Below the pieces are notes generated by a model, which saw only the letters and a list, made by a program, of their open reading frames with translations, had not been told where the DNA came from and did not search any database. From positions 6,200,001 through 6,264,000 of the forward strand of contig CM035360.1 in the NCBI GenBank assembly GCA_020137815.1: DNA of 64,000 bases, in the 5' to 3' direction. Origin of the DNA: Hormiphora californensis (taxonomy: Eukaryota; Animalia; Ctenophora). Positions 29,740 through 37,956 of the stretch are shown piece by piece (within the stretch, counting starts at the first letter, position 1; each line of letters starts with the position of its first letter). The position numbers and the translations under genes were made by a program.

Positions 29740-32700
29740 CTAGTCAGCCCCAAAGGATTCCACGAACAGTCTTGTCTTGAGACGAGTCTTAAACGATTCC
29801 ACAGTGGTCAACGACCTCAGATCGAGGGGGAGGGCATTCCAAAGGTCCGGTAGGAGAACTGACGGTCTCCTCTTCCTCAGTTTAGAACTGGCATTCACAC
29901 TCGACAGTTTGGGGTACCGGAGCTTAAAGAGATCGGGCACTGTAGTCGCTCTGGTCCGGCGGGGTACATCCAGTACATTGTCCGCAGGTATTTGCTCACA
30001 GAGGTAGTCTGGAGCACTTCCATGTATGATCTTGTAGGCCATAAGACATGATTTGAAGACAACACGTTGCTCAATAGGGAGAATGTGAGTCTCTCTCAGG
30101 TAGGGCAGGTAATCATCTTGATGACCATGAAGTCCATAGATGAACCTAACACAGGAATTAAGCACCTTCTGAAGGCGGGCAATGAGCTTCTTTGGAAGAC
30201 CTCCATAAAGGATATTACAATAATCCAGACGGGAGATAACAAGCTGCTTCACCAAGAGAACTTTGGTGGAGAAGTCCAGACAACGATTGACCTGCCATAA
30301 ATTCTTTAACAGCATTCCACAATGTTTTCTCACACTGTTCACCTGACGCTCCAAAGTCAAGTTTTCATCCATGTAAATACCCAGAGTCTTGCCCGAAGTA
30401 CCCTTGAAGTCAATAGGACCGATATCCACATCTCCAAACCTAACCGACGGTTCAAAAGTAAGCTTATCGATAGCACTACTTTTACCCAGGATAAGAAGTT
30501 CCGTCTTCGACTCATTGCATTTCAACCAGTGCTCGACCATCCATGCCTTGAGGCGATCAAGACATTCCTCAACATTCCTCTTCGTTCCTTTCCATTGGTC
30601 TTCATCACAGGGAACCAGACTCACATAAATCTGTGAGTCATCTGCATATAGCTTAATTTTAAGCCCATATGCACGCACCAGATCCTGAAGTTCCTCCACA
30701 TAGAGAAGAAACAAGACTGGACCAAGGAGGGATCCTTGGGGTACCCCACATATCAAATAAATCATCCTTGATAGTTCTCCTCGCACGTTCACTCTGAAGT
30801 TCCTCGATCCAAGATAACTGATAAACCACTGAAGAGCTGCTCCTCTTACTCCAAACCTCCTACTCAGAACGTCCACAAGCTTAGAATGATCCACAGTGTC
30901 AAAGGCAGCCGACATATCCAAAAGAAGAAGGGCAACAACATTACCCTTGTCCATTTCCTGTAAAAGGTCATCAAACATTCCCATAAGTAGAGTCTCGCAA
31001 CTATGGCCTACCCTGTACCCCGACTGGTGAGGGTTCAGCAAGTCATTCTCCTGAAGGAACTCGTTGAGCTGGTCAAGTACCACCTTCTCAAGAACTTTTG
31101 AGATAAATGGTAGGTTCGATACCGGGCGATAGTTAGATAGGCTGTCCCTATCCCCATTAGGGTTCTTAATGGTGGGAAAAACAAAGGCTTGCTGAAACGT
31201 CTCTGGAACAACAGCTTTGCGAAGAGAGGAGTTAATAACTCTTGTAAACAGAGGAGCAAAAACTTCGATACACTCTTTAATCATCCACGTTGGTATCAGA
31301 TCGAGATCACACGTCTTATCCGCCATATCCTTCACTATCCTCTTAATCTCCTCACAAGAGACTTCCCTGAATTCCTCGAACGTACAATTCCTAACCGAGT
31401 CCTCAAGAGATTCCACATCATCATAAGCATGCTCCTCTGCAGTAACAGAATTTCTGATTTTCTCAACTTTTCCAGTAAAGAAGTCTGCAAAATCCTCAGC
31501 AAGTTTACGATCACATCCTGTTTCAGGTAGTACTACCTCACTTTTTCCCAGCAGTCGGTTGAGTTTCCTCTGTAGGCCATTGGAGTCCCCTTTAGATTCT
31601 TCGAGATCTGCTTTGACGTAGTTAATCCTTTGGATCCATCGCATCCTATTCTCGCTCCGCGAATAATAGGATCCCGGTCCGTTGAGAGCAAGAACTCACG
31701 TGCGCGCGATATAAAGCACGTTTTCAGCAGATCGCGCGTGATAGACCGTTTTTGGAGACCTTTTTAGCTGACCTAGCACTACTCAAAGGTCAATTATGGC
31801 CTCATTTCGCATCGTGGTGAATCGGCGGGTATTTTCCCATACTCACAAGGCCATGACGATTCCCCCAGTACCCGCAGATTGTCCCAGGACCGAGTAGGAG
31901 CTTGCAGCCAGGTCTTTAAAGAATTGCTCATGTTTAGCGTCAATTTTGACCCACTATTCCTCAAATGCTGATACTCGCGGGTATTTTCCGTAAAACTAGA
32001 GATAATTATCTGCCAGGAGCAACAAACGAGATGCAAATCGGTTCAGTAGTTCCTTGCAGCCAGGTCTTTGAAAAAGTTTGCTCTAAAATCAATAACGGAC
32101 CGGAGGCCTAGATGTGAGATCGATCTCGGTCGCTGCGCGACCTCGATCTCACTCAGGCATCAATGTGGCCAAGTTAATCCTCGCTTCCTTGTCAACTTTT
32201 CCAAACATCTTCTTCATCGCATTGTACTGCTTCTTCGTGATGGGGGTTTTATTACCCTCCCACGCCCTCTCAGCACACCGACGGAGTCTAAGTGCCTGTC
32301 TGACCTCCTCATTGTCTCTCCACGGGCGAAGCTTCTTAACTTTCTTTCTCCTCCTCAATGGGACAGTAGTATCCACTAATTCCTCTAGCTCTCGCTCATA
32401 GATCTCAAAGTTCTCTTCAGGGGAGTCCTCCAGCATACGATCCTCAAGATTCAGTCCTCTAACGGCTTTAGTAAACAAAACTGGGTCCACTGATTTGAAG
32501 TCTCTGTAGGTATTGACACGATTTCGGTCCTGCATGTTGCCATGCCTGGTTTCCAGGGAAACCTCACTCAAGACTAGGAAATGATCAGATTCAGTCCCAT
32601 CAGGGTAAATCTCCAAGGATTTGACTTTTTCCTCCACTTCCTTCGGGCAAACCACTAGATCAAGTGTACCTCCACGATTGTGGGTAGGCTGCCTAGGAAC

Positions 32701-33252
32701 AAGCTGAGAAAATTCCAGAGAGTCCAAGAGTTCAGCTAGCTTTCTGGTGTAGAAATTTTTCCCATCCTGCCACTGGAAATTAAAATCACCCATGATCAGA
32801 GGAAGACCTGTTTTTGACACCAGTTCAGAGAGATAATCCGCAAATTCATCCAGGAACTTCGCCTCAGTAAACCGAGCTTTACCCGTATAGGGGGGTCTGT
32901 AAATGTTACATAACCGAGTGAGATCGGCACCATCCCCAATTAAAACCTCCTGTATCTGAAAAGACCGAAAATTTCGAACAGGTGACAGCCTGACCTTCAC
33001 TCCATCCCGGTAGAGAATACCAATTCCTCCTCCCGCTCTCTCCGCTCTTGGTGATGAAAAGATATTCCAGCCATAATCTCGTATCTCCTGAAGTTTAGCT
33101 GTATCCGTATTCTTTAGGTATGTTTCCTGAATTAGACATATATCACATTTCTTATCCTCAAGATGTGTAATGACCCCAGACGTTTTGTTCTGAATGGAGT
33201 GTACATTTAATGTACCGATCCTCCACGTCTCTTTACTTTCAGATCTTCCCAC
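29740..33252 (-). pseudogene. LINE ORF2 (AP endonuclease + reverse transcriptase), split by one insertion
   Basis: APE motifs TLNV, IQET, GGGIG, NIYRPP, MGDFN, TLDLV, SDH in 32173-33252. RT motifs NYRPVSNL, QSGYR, LDMSAAFDTVDH, GVPQGSLLGP, YADD and an L2-type C-terminus (SRLDYCN, LWNALP, FKTRLKT) in 29740-31629. Removing the insert and one TSD copy joins ...DKEARIN|YVKADL... in frame (~986 codons). Confidence 0.93.
31630..32172. mobile_element. 543-bp non-autonomous insertion with 9-bp TSD, unclassified
   Basis: GTTAATCCT at 31621-31629 and 32173-32181. TTGG...CCAA termini. Subterminal inverted CCGGTCCGTT/AACGGACCGG. A hairpin at each end. Confidence 0.88.
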
Positions 33253-34511
33253 GCCCTCGTCAGATAGGAGTTTTTTCGCTCCTTTGTGACTCCACTTGTG
33301 TTCTCCATGAGTCGTCCTCTAGCATTCACATAATGCGGACACAAGTTGCTTGATGCTGGGTGAGATTTCGCATATCTCTTATCCTCTTTGCTACCTCCAA
33401 CATCACAGTTGACACACTTCATTCTACCAAGATCATTGTCCTTCTTCGCATTACACTGTCTGGTGTCATGGTCCCCTGAACAGAATGCACAGGTGGGACT
33501 CTTATCTTTGTTAGGACAGTAAACGGATCCTGCAACATGTCCATATCGCTGACAATGGAAGCATTGTGTCACATAGAATCTGTCCTTCACAATATGCTGT
33601 CGTAGTTTCAGGAAAATCCTGTCTCGGTTGTTGGCAATCATTGTCCGAATTTCGGGTGCAACCTTGATCACTGCATACTTCCCTGGGATATTGACGTGTA
33701 CAACATTGATCGCCTGCCCTGCCTGATGTAGCCTCTTAATTCCCTCATTTTTATCACTAAGGATGGCATCCGTCAGCGCATCCTTGTTCAATAGATCCTG
33801 GTCAAGATCAGAAATCATCAGTCGAGGGTCTCTCTTCTTCTGTTTCTCAACTACCGGAGTGACATCCAGAAAAGGTGATAGAGCCTTCTCTGCCTCCTTC
33901 AGATCATCATCAGTCTCAAAGAACAATTGAGTGTGCTTCCTATTCACGGAAGTATCAAGAACAGGAATGTTCTTCAACGCCTTCTCCACTTTCGATCTCA
34001 CCACAGTGGTCCATTTCTCCTCACACATAGGGGTCGCTCCTTCATCACTTGTGTCTTTGATATTTACATACCGTTTGACAGGGGTTGGTGGTGATGGTTT
34101 CTTAGCCAGGTGATCTATACTTCGACTGGTACCACTTCCATTCTCCTCTTGGCTAACTTTCAATATTTCACTCACTTTTGGGGCTACAAGTCCAGGGAGG
34201 CTATCAATCAGGTCTTGTTTCAGTTTCGAGAAACTGTCCTTCAGGTCATCACACGAGAACGAAACTCCAGACTCAGAAGATAGGGTTGCACACCGAGATG
34301 TGTCAGGAAGCATGTTGTAGCACATAACAATCATTCTCCATAGGTGTTCTCTGGTAGGTCCATCCGGCGGGGTCATTCTTCCCTCTTCCAGGCACTTCAC
34401 CACTGTACTGCCTTTACATCTGTCAGAGAAACTCGTGCCAAGTAACTCACCTTCATAATCTTTCTTCGTCCGTGTCATTCCATTTCCATACTGGGGTGCC
34501 ACACCCGACAT
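33207..34511 (-). CDS. LINE ORF1 (gag-like nucleic-acid-binding protein with Cys/His knuckles)
   Basis: Long open frame with first ATG at 34511. Knuckles CFHCQRYGH.....C, CAFCSGDHDTRQC and CVNC...H......C. Confidence 0.9.
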   Translation of the reverse strand: MSGVAPQYGNGMTRTKKDYEGELLGTSFSDRCKGSTVVKCLEEGRMTPPDGPTREHLWRMIVMCYNMLPDTSRCATLSSESGVSFSCDDLKDSFSKLKQDLIDSLPGLVAPKVSEILKVSQEENGSGTSRSIDHLAKKPSPPTPVKRYVNIKDTSDEGATPMCEEKWTTVVRSKVEKALKNIPVLDTSVNRKHTQLFFETDDDLKEAEKALSPFLDVTPVVEKQKKRDPRLMISDLDQDLLNKDALTDAILSDKNEGIKRLHQAGQAINVVHVNIPGKYAVIKVAPEIRTMIANNRDRIFLKLRQHIVKDRFYVTQCFHCQRYGHVAGSVYCPNKDKSPTCAFCSGDHDTRQCNAKKDNDLGRMKCVNCDVGGSKEDKRYAKSHPASSNLCPHYVNARGRLMENTSGVTKERKNSYLTRAWEDLKVKRRGGSVH

Positions 34512-34699
34512 TCTATCCTGTAACAGTGACGCGAGGGACCGCTCCACCAAGATTTGGCTTCCCGGATTTGACTCAACGAGGTCTCCTAAGGCTTGCTCAA
34601 TGTAGAGGGAGACAGGAACACCAGACTTGTCTTGTCTTTAGAAAAGAGATGGATTGAGCAGAGCTCTCAGAAGATTAACGAGGAGTAATTGAACGGAAC

Positions 34700-34742
34700 C
34701 TCAAATTAATTTGTTTAAAGTAGTGTTGAAAAGTTTGAAACT
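34700..34742 (-). other. Copy of the ctenophore spliced-leader (SL) exon
   Basis: Minus strand reads AGTTTCAAACTTTTCAACACTACTTTAAACAAATTAATTTGAG, matching the Pleurobrachia/Hormiphora SL as I recall it (GAGTTTCAAAC...AATTTGAG). Needs database confirmation. Confidence 0.85.
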
Positions 34743-36794
34743 TTAGGTATACCATAAAAATTTTGAAAAAGGTAAAATTTAAGCGATAAGTTAACATAAA
34801 TGACTAAATTTGTAAAACTACATCCTTATTTCTTTATAAGTTGGTAATATAACGCTTATTAAACCGATTTTTACGTTTTTGTTACATCATCCGGCTAGTG
34901 CTTCTAGGCTTGCCACTCGGGTTCGATTCCCGGTGAAGGCAATTTTTGAAAAATTTTTGGAGACTTTACCAAATACTATTTGAACATTTTCTTGACTTTT
35001 TAAAAGTTTTTTTATCATACTCAAATGGGTCCCAATTTGTCAAACCCCAGTTTTCTGACTCACCATTTTATAGGTAATATTTTCCCTCGATTCTATGAAT
35101 TTAGCCTATTTAGCACCATTGTCCAATTTTATGAGTCAAGAAAGTTTATATAAAATGTTTTAAAGCCTTAACTGTTGTAAATTAACACTTTAAAGTACTT
35201 TAAAGTTATTAAAAAGATATGGTATACTTTGGTATACTTTGGTACTTTCCACATATTTTTTTCCCTGCCCGGGTGAATGCCGAAGGCATTCACCCGGATG
35301 CCTTTTTACTTTGTAAAAAGGCATAGCAGGGTTAGAATTCGAAAACGACATTTTGGTATACTAACTAATCGGTAGAGGGACATTTTTTGGTCACACTTTA
35401 GTTGCGAGGGGCAACGGTGTAGCAACAAGAGCCGCGCACACAGTTACGAGCTGCTCCTTCATAAACCACTTCATTGGCACGTTTTCAGGAAATGTGTGGT
35501 GCGCAATGTGGCGGCGTGGCGCGCAATTTAGTGCTACTAAAACACAAGGATTTGCTCTATACTGTTTGTCTGATGTATAAATCATCGGGATTTTGTGTCC
35601 CGCTTGCTGCTACAGCGGATCTGGTCATGATTTACTTTCTTCATATATTCACATGGCAGGGAAATTCAGCATTATGTTAGAACATAATGCAATAATTCTT
35701 GTTTGGGATTTTCCATATACCAAAGTATACCAAAGTATACCAAAGTATGCCATGGGATCCCCCCCCCTCAGAGACAGATTTGTACGAGCTTGGTAACCGC
35801 TACCAGTACCATCAACCATGGTACGTTACCAGTGGTAACGTACCATGGTTGATGGCATTGCCAGTGGTAAATACCCACTGGCACTACCAGCTGAGATAGA
35901 GCTGAGTCCTTGTACTGTGCAGCGACATGGTAGTACCCGGTGTTTTGGTCATGATCAACATCACCAGTTCCCACTTGGTCCAGAATTAAAACCAAACCTC
36001 TTAAATTCATCCTTGTATTTTTTTGCACGCGCAAATCCATTTTTTGCGTAAACGCGCAGCGGCGCGCCGCGCGCGGGCGTGATCATAAATAAATATTTTC
36101 AAAATTTTTATGTTTTTTTGGAATTTCAGAAATTTCAAAAACGGGGAAATTTTCCGATTTTGAGAAGCGGAGTCTGCGGAAAACGCAATTTTTTTCGGGG
36201 AGTGGGGACCAGTTAGGTGTTCCACCTAACGACTTCGGTAGTGATTGCTACAACGGTCCCTCAACATCGTCTTAGAAAACAAGAAACAATGGCTTTGCAT
36301 TTTTCCCGTTGTCCTGATTTTGTTAATTGATTCCCTCCTCCCCCTTTCTGTCTTCCTTGGTATAATGGATTTTTGTCCCCCACCACTCACCAGCTGTAAT
36401 CCTACCACCATGTAATCCTACCATCATGACGATTTGTTTTTTCATAATGCCCAACATCCAATTTTTCTGACATTGTTTCCCCGTTATTCTCCCAAGATCT
36501 AGAACCTATCATTTCTCTGTTACTATTTCATCTATAATTTAGAGGCAACTTGGTTTGTGCTAAAAATGATCAAAATCACGAGCAGTCGTACATTTTTTTC
36601 ATTTCTGCCTTCTGGTTGTATTGGTGACGCAGTCACCCTTACAACTCGCGCGTGTAGCACGCGAAAACGAAGCCCGCCAAGCGGGCTGATGGCATCACCA
36701 ACTGGTTGTAATGGTGGGTTTCGAGTTTCTTGCAGGAGATCAATTTTCGATGCAATATGTTTATTATTTACTCGACATGATCTTCCTAACCTCT

Positions 36795-36995
36795 AGTCTC
36801 TATCTCGTCATATCAGAAGGTGGAGGTATAACCGTGGGAAAATTGTATGTTAGCTCAATTAATTGAAATGGGACGGTAACGAAGTTTATGATCAGTTCAA
36901 TCACGATCTCTACCCGGTGGTATCGCTTCAGTGATAGTATTAACACACAATTTTCCCACGGTTATAGCTCCACCTTATATGACGATATAGAGACT
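36795..36995. mobile_element. Small MITE-like inverted repeat
   Basis: AGTCTCTATCTCGTCATAT..AAGGTGGAGGTATAACCGTGGGAAAATTGT is mirrored at 36948-36995. No TSD seen. Confidence 0.65.
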
Positions 36996-37384
36996 GTGAT
37001 ACCTCCTCGTGGGTTCTCGGACCTAGGCAAAAGAATTTGATACTGATACGCGAATCGACTATGGAGGTCAGAAAAATGTATTCCGACACGTATGATAATG
37101 CGACGCAAACAGTGATGTTTGATCGTTTTGGAGGTATTTCGAATCGGTTTGCAAGCCGTACAAGCGAGGATCTTGATCTAAAATCTCCCTGACTACTGCC
37201 ACTGATAGAGTTGATATATGCCCGTTCTTCTGACTTTTAGAGGTTGGTCCTGGAACAATGCCTTTTTGTCTGCCGTTCGATCGATCTCTAGTACAATTTT
37301 TATGAACCGTGGTGTTCCGTCATCAGTCGTCGCCTGTACGTCGGTTGGGTGTCAAAGACGCAATGTGTAAGGGTCAGCAGAGCG

Positions 37385-37576
37385 AGACACACCAGCGCTG
37401 TCAAAATTCTCTCTCCCCCATTCTCACAGTAACAATCTCGCGTGCGATTTTGACAGTCGCGTTGGATGACAAAATGATTTTGTCATCCAACGCGACCGTC
37501 AAAATGGTGAGTGAGAATATTACTTATAGAATAGGGGAGAGAATTTTTAAAAGGGCTGGGAGGGCTGGTGTGTCTG
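37385..37576. repeat. Degenerate palindrome (MITE remnant) upstream of RIB43A
   Basis: Core ATTTTGACAGTCGCGTTGGATGACAAAAT-G-ATTTTGTCATCCAACGCGACCGTCAAAAT with decayed outer arms. Confidence 0.7.
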
Positions 37577-37956
37577 GCTCCAAAATTTTAATTTTGATTT
37601 TGGCGTCGGTGTGTGGTGACCCTAACGGAGCACCATGCCACCATTGTAATTTGTAATCAGATTTAGTAAACCAGTTGTTGTTCATCTTCTGTTCAGTGCG
37701 GACATCGGCCTTCAGACCTGCCCAAAATCTCAGCCAAACACAAAACGCGGCCCGGAAAAGTTACAAAAACAGAGCTGTTGCAGAGCTTTTTTGCGTGTGT
37801 GCCTGTTCGTTGCATGAACATTGAACATCAGGGCTGTTTTTACTTTTTGCCACAGTTTTGAGCAAAACTATCCAATATCCATTTTCTTATACATATATAA
37901 GTACAGCCTGAAATAATTTTTCCCAATAACAAATTGTATGTCAACAGGCAGTAGCG

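Larger units (their letters stand above)
29212..34742 (-). mobile_element. Full-length non-LTR retrotransposon (LINE, L2/CR1 group) with (TTA)n 3' tail and SL-like 5' end
   Basis: ORF1 with zinc knuckles, APE+RT ORF2, ~0.5-kb 3' UTR ending in (TTA)n at 29212-29230. Host-element repeat sequence resumes at ~34745. Confidence 0.93.
29092..35766. mobile_element. Non-autonomous TIR element (~1.1 kb without its passenger) hosting the LINE
   Basis: TIR GGGGGGGATCCCATGG(T/C)ATACTTTGG at both ends. Flanking direct repeat CTCAGAGA at 29084-29091 and 35767-35774. Arrays of 10-bp ATACCAAAGT subrepeats at ~29107, 29159, 35219 and 35716. Confidence 0.82.

Noticed and set aside
29777-31530. Plus-strand ORFs overlapping the RT
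   Set aside because: Antisense shadows of the LINE ORF2. The same applies to antisense ORFs over the GPCR and SLC22 genes.
34600-34742. Functional SL RNA gene (SL exon followed by GT)
   Set aside because: No Sm-binding site visible downstream, sequence runs directly into the LINE 5' UTR and ORF1, and the upstream flank is transposon sequence rather than an snRNA-type promoter. Kept only as an alternative hypothesis.
34895-34942. tRNA gene (GGGTTCGATTCCCGG B-box/T-arm)
   Set aside because: Only the T-arm-like part is present. No D-arm/A-box or pairing acceptor stem could be built; at most a tRNA/SINE-derived fragment.
36621-36701. Hammerhead ribozyme
   Set aside because: GAAA and CTGATG-like words are present, but the CUGANGA core is imperfect and the stem order does not fit.
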